Below, in pieces: positions 39,586 through 48,627 of a stretch of 64,000 nt of DNA (its first letter is position 1; each line of letters starts with the position of its first letter). Origin of the DNA: an uncultured delta proteobacterium (GTDB lineage: Bacteria > Myxococcota_A > Polyangia > Fen-1088); contig CAVWIP010000008.1 of assembly GCA_963755125.1 (NCBI GenBank), forward strand, positions 416,001 to 480,000, in the 5' to 3' direction. Below the pieces are notes generated by a model. It saw nothing but the letters and a program-made list of their open reading frames with translations, was not told where the DNA came from and ran no database searches. The position numbers and the translations under genes are program-made.

Positions 39586-40533
39586 ATGAGGGCACTGCAC
39601 ATCAAGGCATACGGCGGTCCTGAGGTGATGCAGATAGGTGAACTCCCTGAACCCGAGCCCAAGCGGGGCGAGGTGCTAGTTGCCATCGCGGCGGCCTCGG
39701 TCAACCCCGTCGATTGGAAGGTACGTGTAGGCGAGTTGAAGCTCATCACGGGCCGCACGTTCCCGAAGACCCTTGGCTCGGACTTTGCGGGCGTGGTCGA
39801 ACGGGTCGGCGCTGGCGTGGCGGTCCCGTCGGTAGGCAACCGTGTCTACGGAATCACACCTATGATGATGCGCAAGCCGGGTGCCCACGCCGAGCGATTG
39901 GTGGTGGCGCGCAAACGCCTACGACGCATGCCCGACGGCCTGTCCTTCGAGCAGGCCGCGGCACTGCCGGTCGCCGGGCTCACTGCGCTCAATGGACTTC
40001 GCCAATGCGGCGATCTGCATGGCAAGACAGTGCTCATCAACGGCGGCACCGGGGGTGTGGGACATTTCGCTGTGCAGATCGCCAAGGCCCGTGGCGCGAC
40101 AGTGACCGCGGTGTGCCGCGAACGCAACGCCGGGCGGGCACGTTCTCTCGGCGCTGATGTGGTCATCGATTACCGCAAGCAGGACTTCACGGACAGCAGC
40201 GTCCGCTACGATGTCGTGTTTGACGCCTTCGGCCACCTGAAATACCCAGCGGTAGCCCGCGTGCTCACGGACCGCGGTGTCCTGGTGACGACGCTCCCGG
40301 CTCCCTCTCTCATCGCGCGAGCGGTCTGGCAAAGGGTTGTCGGCGACAAGCACATCGTGCTTGGCAACCTGCGCGACCGTCCCGAGGACTACGCCGAATT
40401 GGAACGCCTGCTTGCTGACGGGTCCGTCAAACCAGTGATCGACAAAATCGTCCCGCTGGCCGAGGCCGCCCAAGCCTACGCAGCCCTCGAAGCCGGCGGC
40501 ACCGTCGGCAAGGTAATCATCCGCATCGCCTGA
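39586..40533 (+). CDS. NAD(P)-dependent medium-chain oxidoreductase (quinone reductase-like)
   Basis: SVNPVDWK, GSDFAGVV, INGGTGGVGHFAVQIAK, GKVII. Confidence 0.9.
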   Translation: MRALHIKAYGGPEVMQIGELPEPEPKRGEVLVAIAAASVNPVDWKVRVGELKLITGRTFPKTLGSDFAGVVERVGAGVAVPSVGNRVYGITPMMMRKPGAHAERLVVARKRLRRMPDGLSFEQAAALPVAGLTALNGLRQCGDLHGKTVLINGGTGGVGHFAVQIAKARGATVTAVCRERNAGRARSLGADVVIDYRKQDFTDSSVRYDVVFDAFGHLKYPAVARVLTDRGVLVTTLPAPSLIARAVWQRVVGDKHIVLGNLRDRPEDYAELERLLADGSVKPVIDKIVPLAEAAQAYAALEAGGTVGKVIIRIA

Positions 40534-41000
40534 CCCAGCATCACCATCACCTTTACCTTCGCCGGCGTCTTTCGTCATCCTGGTGCAACAGTACCCGAGA
40601 AACGATGGGATTCGAGGCAAGGCATAACTGGGCCGACACCCAACCGGGTGGTGCTGTTGCGGCCTACAGGCATTCCACCTGAGCAGAGACCCGCTCTCAA
40701 CCAGACCCTGGGCAACGGCTTCGTGGTGAATCCGGCCGTGAACAGCGACTAACATTGAGCGTCTTCCGGCCGACCGGGTGTTCAACAGGTGAACACCAAC
40801 CAGACCGTCGTCGGTCCGGTCGGCAGCTGCAACGATTGCCCCTTCCTGGCATCCCAATAACAGCCATGCGATCGGACATCGACGCGGGACGCAACAGTGG
40901 TTCTCGCGGACGGAAGCAGTCAGATCGGCCGCACCTTGGTAGATTGGCTTGGTGTAGGACGCAGGGCGTCGCGGGGTTCCGTTTCAGTATAGAGGTACCA

Positions 41001-42131
41001 ATGGAGACATCAGCATTCGTCAGGGCAGTTGCAGTGGCGTGTGTCAGCATGCTCGGGGCCGTGCTTCTAGTCCATTGCGGACCGAGCCAGCCCGTCGATG
41101 TTGTTCCCCCGCCAAGCGGGGGTAACGGGGGCAGTGAAAATGCGACCGGAGGCAGCGACATCGCGGGGCTGGGCGGAATGACAATCAACCTAAATCCGGC
41201 TGGGGCGGTGTCCCAACCGCAAGGAGGTCGGGACGCAGGGGATGCGTACGCCGGGGATGCCAAGGCGTATCGCTGCGACGATGCTGGTAACTGCAACACC
41301 TGTCTCGCGATCCTCTCCCTGGGCCAGCCCGGGCAAACTGGTAGCTCGACTGGGGACAACGGTGACACGGCTGCATTTCAAACTTACATGAACACCCAGA
41401 CCAACGCCAAAATGACGATGTTGACGACATTCACGTCATTGACGGACTCACTTCTTAATCAGTACGACGTCGTGATCTTGCAAGCTCTGGAGGACAACGT
41501 AACCAGTTCGCAGACTTGGACCTATCAGGCGAGTGATATTGCCGCATTGGAAAGATGGGTCAACGCCGGTGGCGCGATCATCGCGATGTCAGGATACGGG
41601 GGTAACTCGATAGAGGTGAAGCCGCTCAACCAGTTGCTGTCCTTTAGCGGGATCACCTATGGCACGGCAAACACCTTCACGACGTGCCCGGACAATCTGT
41701 GCTCCTGCGCAGACGGCTCGATTCCGTTTAACAATTGGCTTGCGACTTATGCCGACAATCCGGCGATCACCCACGATTTGAAGAAGGTCGGTATTTTCTA
41801 CGGTCGGCCCGTCAATTGTTCCGGCTCGACTTGTCAAGTCTTCGCCGCAGATCCTTCCTCAGGGGGAGGGAATGTTGGTGTGGCACAAGTGGTTGGAAAC
41901 GGTAGGATATTTGCCTGGGGTGACGAGTGGGTGACCTACACCAGCCAGTGGGGGTTGACGCCAACTCAATGGGACAACGCAAGCACCTACCCGCAATGCG
42001 CGGGGCATACCGCCGAGAGTAGCTACAGCGTGCCACAGTTCTGGAACAACGCCTTCAAATGGGTAGCTCCGAACGCTGGTTGCTTCACCATTACACAGCC
42101 ATCCAACCCCAACCAACAAATAATTCCTTGA
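41001..42131 (+). CDS. Secreted or lipoprotein hypothetical with GATase-like alpha/beta segment
   Basis: AGAGG RBS, LVHC leader, LNQYDVVIL, WVNAGG, GRIFAWGDEW. Confidence 0.75.
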   Translation: METSAFVRAVAVACVSMLGAVLLVHCGPSQPVDVVPPPSGGNGGSENATGGSDIAGLGGMTINLNPAGAVSQPQGGRDAGDAYAGDAKAYRCDDAGNCNTCLAILSLGQPGQTGSSTGDNGDTAAFQTYMNTQTNAKMTMLTTFTSLTDSLLNQYDVVILQALEDNVTSSQTWTYQASDIAALERWVNAGGAIIAMSGYGGNSIEVKPLNQLLSFSGITYGTANTFTTCPDNLCSCADGSIPFNNWLATYADNPAITHDLKKVGIFYGRPVNCSGSTCQVFAADPSSGGGNVGVAQVVGNGRIFAWGDEWVTYTSQWGLTPTQWDNASTYPQCAGHTAESSYSVPQFWNNAFKWVAPNAGCFTITQPSNPNQQIIP

Positions 42132-42134
42132 GCC

Positions 42135-42300
42135 GCTGCTCGCGCTCGTCGGATACGCGCTGGCCATATTTCGGGATGGATTCCAGCGCGACCTTCTTCA
42201 GCAGCATGGTGACGGGGTTCACGTCTGACGCGAAAACGTCGTCACCCACGCGGAGAGCTTCGCGCCGGATCGCGCCACCAGCCGCAAATGTCCACGACTG
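42135..42300 (-). pseudogene. DUF1156-family adenine DNA methylase fragment (degenerate)
   Basis: FAAGGAIRREALRVGDDVFASDVNPV...K..LE.IPKYG. Confidence 0.6.
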
Positions 42301-42796
42301 CGGCGCGCTCGTCCACCTGGCGAGGAATCCCGAACTCTGGAAGGCCAGAAGACGTGGGGGTTCATTGTGTCGGCCTCTTCTCGGTAACGCACGGAGGCGG
42401 TCATGCAGAGTGTTGTCATGAACGGCCACGTCACGCGAAAACCCAAATGATATTGGACACCACTTCAGTCGACCGCGGCGTCGGGCACAAATACATCCAC
42501 TGTCACCGTTTCCGTGACGGAACTACCCGCGGCGTTGGTCACGGTCAGAGTGTAGGTCGTCTCGTCTGACAAGGCGGGCGTGGGGACGTCAACCCCGCTG
42601 GTCACGCTCCCAATGCTGGGGTCGATGGCTCCGGTCCCGTCAGTGAAGGTCGCCGTCAATGTCGCTGGCCAGGACCAACTTGAAGGCTTCAGTGCTCCAC
42701 CCAACAGGCGAAGCTCACGGACGCCCTGACCAATATTGAACCACCACGAGCCACGAACCCGCTTCGTCTTCATCGATCGATTTCTGGCACACGACG

Positions 42797-42910
42797 CGAC
42801 CTGACCAAACCGATTGTCATTGTGCCTGTGCTCGCCGGCTTCCGTAGTGACTACTGCTGCACCGCGTCCTCGCTGAAGTTCCCGACGGATGGCCGTAGTA
42901 GCCGGCACGG
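42797..42910 (+). pseudogene. Degenerate transposase 3' remnant with right IR
   Basis: DLTKPIVIVPVLAG...; collinear with the reverse complement of 35555-35660. Confidence 0.75.
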
Positions 42911-43697
42911 GTGGAACACGAGGAAGCTGGCACGCAGTGGTACATACGATGTAGGTCCCTTCGGGACAGGTGCCCTGTGCTGAGTCTTCCTGGCCAGCAT
43001 CGGCTGGGTTCCCTTGGGAATCCAGGCAGACGCCGTTCCGTGGACCCAAGTCACATTGCTCACCTAGAGTCATCTCGAGAATCCCGTCCCCACAGTGGGG
43101 TGCCGCTCCCTCATCCACACCTGCATCCGAGGCACTCGCATCCATACCGGCATCTGCGACAACGGCATCTACACCTGCGTCTGAAACAGCCGCATCCACA
43201 CCGCCATCTGTCCCATATCTGCATACAACGGATTGCAGACACAGCTGCTTGACGTAACAGGTATTGGGGTAGTCGAAGCAGCCTTCATCGTTCCACGTTG
43301 TTTCTGTATCGCCAGGATTGCACGCCAGATCGTTGCAGTGCACACCTTCAGGCAGCATGCACAGCGTTGCTGAGTTGAAACAAAACGGATATAGGGAATA
43401 GCACTCGCGCTCGGCTGGGCATAGGCCGTCTACCTGCTGGTCGTCTGGAGCGCACAGAAGCATCGACGTGCACTGAGGTGAAGGGCCAGTCTGGCCACCT
43501 TGGTTTGGAGAAGAACCGGCAATCGTGCCACCCAAGCCGCCTCCGGTGTTTTCGCTGCTTGTGCCACCCGTCTGGCCCCCGCCTGCCATTCCCCCACCAT
43601 CTGGTGGACCGGTCAGGCTGCTGCATGCCAGTCCCACCAGGCCAGCTACGAAAAGGGCTGTCGGATTGGTAGGTATCTTGAACATGGGGACGAACAT
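42911..43697 (-). pseudogene. Cys-rich lipoprotein cut at an IS end (frame reads on through debris to 42465)
   Basis: GLAC lipobox, DAG linker, CGDG...EQCD.G myxobacterial Cys repeat. Confidence 0.65.
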
Positions 43698-43755
43698 GGC
43701 TCAGATATTTGGGGGGGATGGGTAGGTTGATATTCCGTCCGGTGCTTTATCAAGG

Positions 43756-43953
43756 TCAAAAAGGCATCTTGCAATTCTTGGTGCACTCAATCGTACAGCC
43801 GGATTGCGCCGGGTTCCCCTGAGCATCGAAGCACACGCCGTTCAGTGGACCGAAGTCACACAGGCTCAGTCCCGCCGATGCCGGGATGATCATCTCCCGT
43901 GCGGTCCTCTTGAGGAAGCTCTCGATGCGCTGCCTGACATCCTGTTCCTTCAT
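43756..43953 (-). CDS. 65-aa peptide with charged leader and Cys-rich tail
   Basis: MKEQDVRQRIESFLKRTAR...CDFGPLNGVCFDAQGNPA...CTKNCKMPF; tail resembles the neighbouring gene. Confidence 0.5.
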   Translation of the reverse strand: MKEQDVRQRIESFLKRTAREMIIPASAGLSLCDFGPLNGVCFDAQGNPAQSGCTIECTKNCKMPF

Positions 43954-44003
43954 GACCCCGGGAACATGGTACCGCTTTTCAGGTGCGGGGACGCAGGAAG
44001 AAG

Positions 44004-44936
44004 TCAGCGGGGATTGCCAGCGTCTGGGAGGGCGTATCGCCATGCTTCATAGATGCGAGCGAAGCCGTTGCGGTCTGAAACGAACAGGATATGGGTTCCG
44101 TCTTGCGAGAGCCACGGATCGCCCTCCCAGTAATCTGGTGTGTTGAGAGAAGCCAGGGGAATCGGTGTGCCGGAAAAGGGTACAGACACAGACGTTCGGC
44201 TGACCTGGAAGAGGTCGGATGTCTTGCCGTTGCTCGGGCCTCGAGAGCTCCAGACAAGGGATAGCGATTCGTTGAAGAGGGCAGGATCTTCGTCCTGGAT
44301 GGTCGAGTTGATGCCCGAAAGGGCTTCGACATTTCCCCAGGCTCCCAGTGGGTCCGTGCGAGATGCGGAGTACAGGCTGTCGATAGCGGATGTGCCCCGC
44401 TCGGACTCAAAGACCATGAAGAGCCCCGTAGGATCTACGCTGGGTCCCATGTCCAGGGTCGAGGTGCCAAGCCCTAGCATTTCCGCAGGGGCACTCCATG
44501 GCTGGTCCCTGGCTGTCCGCTGGGAAACATAGAGCCGGTATCCAGCACCTGCTCGGTTGCTCGCGAAATAGAGCGTCAAACCGTTGGGGGAAATGTCTGG
44601 GTCCTCGTTGGTGCCAGAACTGGAAAGCTCGGTCACTATCGAGGCCGGGTTCCAGGCTGCATTGCTCGTGGTACGGGTGCTGGACCAGATTTGAAAATTC
44701 GCACCCGTCTCGCTGGAGGAGAAATAGATTTCCAGTTCATCGTCGGTGAGCGAAGGATGGTGCTCGTAGGTATCATCACTGGTGAGGCCAGTCACCAGCG
44801 TTGGTGCGGAAAAGGCAGGCCACTCACCGGCATCCATATCTATGCCCATCTGGACTGCCACCACCCGGTCTGCCTTCATGCAGCCGATCCCACCGAGCAG
44901 CATCACGGCTACTGCTTCGATCTGACGGCTCTTCAT
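44004..44936 (-). CDS. PD40/TolB-like beta-propeller lipoprotein
   Basis: GIGC leader; repeated P.(L/I)S.DG..LYF.S.R blades. Confidence 0.8.
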   Translation of the reverse strand: MKSRQIEAVAVMLLGGIGCMKADRVVAVQMGIDMDAGEWPAFSAPTLVTGLTSDDTYEHHPSLTDDELEIYFSSSETGANFQIWSSTRTTSNAAWNPASIVTELSSSGTNEDPDISPNGLTLYFASNRAGAGYRLYVSQRTARDQPWSAPAEMLGLGTSTLDMGPSVDPTGLFMVFESERGTSAIDSLYSASRTDPLGAWGNVEALSGINSTIQDEDPALFNESLSLVWSSRGPSNGKTSDLFQVSRTSVSVPFSGTPIPLASLNTPDYWEGDPWLSQDGTHILFVSDRNGFARIYEAWRYALPDAGNPR

Positions 44937-45283
44937 ACTGCCGAGTATGACCTCAGTTTGTGAAGTATTGTAGGCTTCCCAGCCTCGGCGCCCTCCTACC
45001 ATCACCTGACACCTGGCATCAGGACCGTCACCAGGCCGGACAACCCCTAGCGACCCGCCCCTTATTCCTCCTGCCTGAAAGGAGTGGCAAGGCAGCAGGA
45101 ACTTGGAGCGGATCGCAGGAGCTTTGCGGTACCTGCTCGATGCGGATACCGTCAAATCTGGAACCCCCTTATACCAGGTGCTGATCGAGTCGTGAACGGG
45201 TAGGGCTGCGAAGTTGAACTTGCGTGCCGGTCAGCGCGTGCTTTTCGGAAAGACAGTGGGCGTCGCGCCGTTCGCGCCGACCA

Positions 45284-46408
45284 CTATAGACGCTGGGTCC
45301 AGGTCGCCCCAGAGTCCACTGACGTGTAGACGTGGCCGTCGTAGTCCCCGTCCGCGGCGACGAACTTCATGCCGTCCGATGACGACGCCACGGAGACCCA
45401 GTTCAGCCGGGGAGCCGTCGCCTGGGTCCAGGTCGCCCCAGAGTCGGTTGAGGTGTAGATGTAGCCGTCGTAAATGCCGCTGAGGCACGCGCCGTTGGCC
45501 ACAGCGACAAGCTTCGTCCCGTCAGATGACGACGCCACCGACGTCCATGCCTGCTGGGTACCAGTCTGCGTCCAGGTCGCCCCAGAGTCCGCCGACGTGT
45601 AGATGTAGCCGCAAGCGGGGTTGGTGTAGGGGTGGCCGCCGCTCACGGCGACGAGCTTTGTCCCGTCAGATGACGACGCCACCGACGTCCATGCCTGCTG
45701 GGTACCAGTCTGCGTCCAGATCCACCCGGAGCCAGACGTGTAGAGGTAGCTGTCATAGGTCCCGGCGACGAAATTCGTCCCGTCTGATGACAACGCCACT
45801 GAATCCCAGTTCTGCTGGAACCCACTCTGCGTCCACGTCGCACCGGAGTCCGCCGACGTGTAGATGTAGCCGCCGTAAACCACGGCGGCGAGCCTCGTAC
45901 CGTCAGAGGACGACGCCACGGACGTCCAGTGCTGCTGGGTGCTAGTCTGGGTCCAGGTCGCCCCGGAGTCGACAGACGCGTAGATGTAGCCGCCATAGGT
46001 GACAGCGACGAGCTTCGTCCCGTCAGAGGACGACGCCACGGACTGCCAGTGCTGCAATGGGCCTTCCTGGGTCCAGGTCGCCCCGGAGTTCACCGACGTG
46101 TAAATGTAGCCATGGTAGGCCACGGCGACGAGCGTCGTCCCGTCAGAGGACGACGCCACAGACTGCCATGCCTGCGCCGTACTGCTATTGCCAGCGGCGC
46201 CAATCGTTCCCAAATTCCCAGTCGTGCCGCCGGACGCGCTGGTGTTCCCACCGGCGGCGGTGTTCGTGCCCCCGATGCTGGAGGCCCCACTCCCGCCGCC
46301 GCTGGGCGGCGTTCCGTCCCCGTCGCTGCTACACCCTCCTGCCACGGTGACGATGAATGCAAACACTACGGCCAATTTCATGAAGGCAGAACATACGCGA
46401 TTCGCCAT
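45284..46408 (-). CDS. BNR/Asp-box beta-propeller lipoprotein (7 repeats)
   Basis: GGAGG RBS, AGGC lipobox, WxSVASSSDGTKLVA...YIYTSxDSGATWTQ repeats. Confidence 0.85.
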   Translation of the reverse strand: MANRVCSAFMKLAVVFAFIVTVAGGCSSDGDGTPPSGGGSGASSIGGTNTAAGGNTSASGGTTGNLGTIGAAGNSSTAQAWQSVASSSDGTTLVAVAYHGYIYTSVNSGATWTQEGPLQHWQSVASSSDGTKLVAVTYGGYIYASVDSGATWTQTSTQQHWTSVASSSDGTRLAAVVYGGYIYTSADSGATWTQSGFQQNWDSVALSSDGTNFVAGTYDSYLYTSGSGWIWTQTGTQQAWTSVASSSDGTKLVAVSGGHPYTNPACGYIYTSADSGATWTQTGTQQAWTSVASSSDGTKLVAVANGACLSGIYDGYIYTSTDSGATWTQATAPRLNWVSVASSSDGMKFVAADGDYDGHVYTSVDSGATWTQRL

Positions 46409-46524
46409 GGTTCCTCCACAAATTGCGAGTCCCGCTGAGAGCACCACGGAAAGCCGCGAGAGGCGAAACAAAGAATGCGTCTGTCGTTCGGCATGAACTT
46501 GTCACCTCCCTGTCGGCGGTCACA

Positions 46525-48396
46525 CTAGCCTTGCAGATAGAAGATGCAGCCCCAATACGAGTTCACAGCATAGTCGTACAGCCAATAGTTCTCCACCATA
46601 GACACCGAGTTGCCGTTGAGCAGATCGGTCCAAATACCATTGGCCGGGAATGGGATATTGACGGTCTGGGGCCAGGCGGAGAAATTCAGCACCACCATGA
46701 AGCGTTCCAACTGCCCGGCCGCGTTGTTCCCCCAGCGGTGATAAATCACCACCTGCTTGTCAACGTCCAAGCCGTAACCGTCGGGGCTGAAATGATTCCA
46801 TTGCTGGTCGTAGTTGTCTGGATAGAAGTTAGGCGTCCGCAGTCCCGGATGGCTCTGGCGGAGATGAAGCAAAAACTGGTACATGGCATAGACTGCCTGG
46901 CCCACGCTGTCCGTTGACTGGCTCCAGTCCAGCGGCCTGGGGCTGACACGCGGATGGTTGGCATCGTCGTCCCCCGGCTCCGGGAAACTCTGCGAGCGGC
47001 CGAATTCCTGCCCGTTGGCCAGGAGTACGGCGCCAGCGGAGGTGGCCAGCGCGATCATGTAGGGCTGGACGCGGAACCACCAATCTCGCCCGCCGGCCTG
47101 AAAGGTCACGCTGGTATGGTCGTGGTTCTCGATATAGATGACCGGCCCGATCGGGAAGTTGTACTCGTACGCCGCGTTGAGAACGCGCAGATAGTCCGTC
47201 GTCGGCTGGTTGCCATACGGAAGATACGACATGGGCGAAGAGCGAAAGAGGTCGAACCAGCCGTGCGTCGCGCCGATGGTGTTGGTGTCGTGGACGGCGT
47301 CGAAGTCCCAGGTGTCCTCGATCATGAGGGGGAAGACCGTATTGTTCTGGGTGGCCAGGTAGCTCTTGAGAACGCTCATCAGCGCCGTCGCGCCCTCCGA
47401 AGGATTCCCCGGAAAATCAAACCCGGAGACCTGATCGAAGCGGAACCCGTCCACGCTGAAACGGTCGATCCAGTACTGGCAGACATCGCCAATGAACTGG
47501 AGCGTGCAGCGGTTGGCGTATTGAAACGGGCTTCCGCCCGGCGTCGAGCTTGACTGGATGAAGGGGCACTGCGTGGGGTCCTGCCACAGCCATCTGTAGG
47601 GGAACCCTGCGGCGTTGTCGCTGTCGCCACCATCGGCGGCATGTTGCAGGACGATATCCAATACCACCATGAGTCCGGCCTGGTGGCAGGCCGAAATCAT
47701 GTCCCCGAGGCGGGAGAGCTTCTCCAGCGGATCGGTCGGATCGGTTATGTAGTTGTACTCGGCCGAGAAGAAGTACGCGGGGTCGTAGCCCCAACTGAAG
47801 GTGTCCGAATCGGGCCAGGCGATCCAAGGCATGAACTCGATCGCGTTGGTGCCCAGGTTCTTGATGTAGGTGAGCTTGTCTGCCACTGCATCGACCGGGG
47901 CGCGACCATTCAGAAGGCCGGATGTGAAGTCGGAGATCATCAATTCGTAGAGGATCAGATCCTCTCCGCTCAATCGCTTGGCGGGGTCCAGCGGCGTGAC
48001 CGAAACGGGCGACCCTCCGACGACAAAGGCGGAGTTGTCGGAATCGGTGCCGCCGTATTTGGTGCAAGGATCGCCGACCTTACGCAAGGTTCCGTCCTGG
48101 AAAGTGACGAGGTATTTGTACTGGTAGTAGCCGTCGGGGAAGCCGGCGGGCAGCGCTGCGGTGAAAAGCAGGCCGTTTGGGTGCGGCTGGAGCGTCATCT
48201 TCAGCGGAGTGTTGGGATCCCAGTTTTGTGTTGAGAGTCCAGCCGCGATCTGGAAATCGCCGAAGACGGCGACCGATGCGATGTTCGGGCTGCCGCCGCC
48301 CGTGTATTGCGCCGGGTCGATGGCGTTGTCAGGGACGAAGAGTTGAAAGCCATACTGGCCGCTTTGCCACTTGCTAAATCCGAAGGCTTCGTACAT
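46525..48396 (-). CDS. GH13 alpha-amylase-family protein (branching enzyme/trehalohydrolase-like)
   Basis: IEFMP, SWGYDP, LDIVLQH, VDGFRFD, YIENHD. Confidence 0.9.
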   Translation of the reverse strand: MYEAFGFSKWQSGQYGFQLFVPDNAIDPAQYTGGGSPNIASVAVFGDFQIAAGLSTQNWDPNTPLKMTLQPHPNGLLFTAALPAGFPDGYYQYKYLVTFQDGTLRKVGDPCTKYGGTDSDNSAFVVGGSPVSVTPLDPAKRLSGEDLILYELMISDFTSGLLNGRAPVDAVADKLTYIKNLGTNAIEFMPWIAWPDSDTFSWGYDPAYFFSAEYNYITDPTDPLEKLSRLGDMISACHQAGLMVVLDIVLQHAADGGDSDNAAGFPYRWLWQDPTQCPFIQSSSTPGGSPFQYANRCTLQFIGDVCQYWIDRFSVDGFRFDQVSGFDFPGNPSEGATALMSVLKSYLATQNNTVFPLMIEDTWDFDAVHDTNTIGATHGWFDLFRSSPMSYLPYGNQPTTDYLRVLNAAYEYNFPIGPVIYIENHDHTSVTFQAGGRDWWFRVQPYMIALATSAGAVLLANGQEFGRSQSFPEPGDDDANHPRVSPRPLDWSQSTDSVGQAVYAMYQFLLHLRQSHPGLRTPNFYPDNYDQQWNHFSPDGYGLDVDKQVVIYHRWGNNAAGQLERFMVVLNFSAWPQTVNIPFPANGIWTDLLNGNSVSMVENYWLYDYAVNSYWGCIFYLQG

Positions 48397-48627
48397 GGGG
48401 TGCCCCTTTCTGATCGCCCAAAGGATGAATGATCCACAGACGCCGCCGATCCGAGGAACATCCTGCCTTCCCTTGTCGCGAGATGCAAAGGAGCCAAGGG
48501 GGCGATCTCCATGGCGCGTTGGCCACGGAATCGTCAACCGGCGTGGTCGTTCTGCCACCGTCGATAATGTTGGGGCGTCTGAACCGTCTCCCCCATGTCA
48601 GCCACCGGGCGTACAATGCTTGTCGGC

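Noticed and set aside
42842..42910. 69-bp MITE with two IRs
   Set aside because: The apparent left IR (CCGTAGTGACTAC) is the degenerate LRTDY coding sequence of the transposase tail; only the right IR is real
42465..43697. Single 410-aa protein
   Set aside because: The frame crosses an IS remnant and unrelated fragments; chimeric
45290..46170. CRISPR-like or DGR-like periodic DNA repeats
   Set aside because: Explained by coding BNR/Asp-box repeats; no reverse transcriptase in the window
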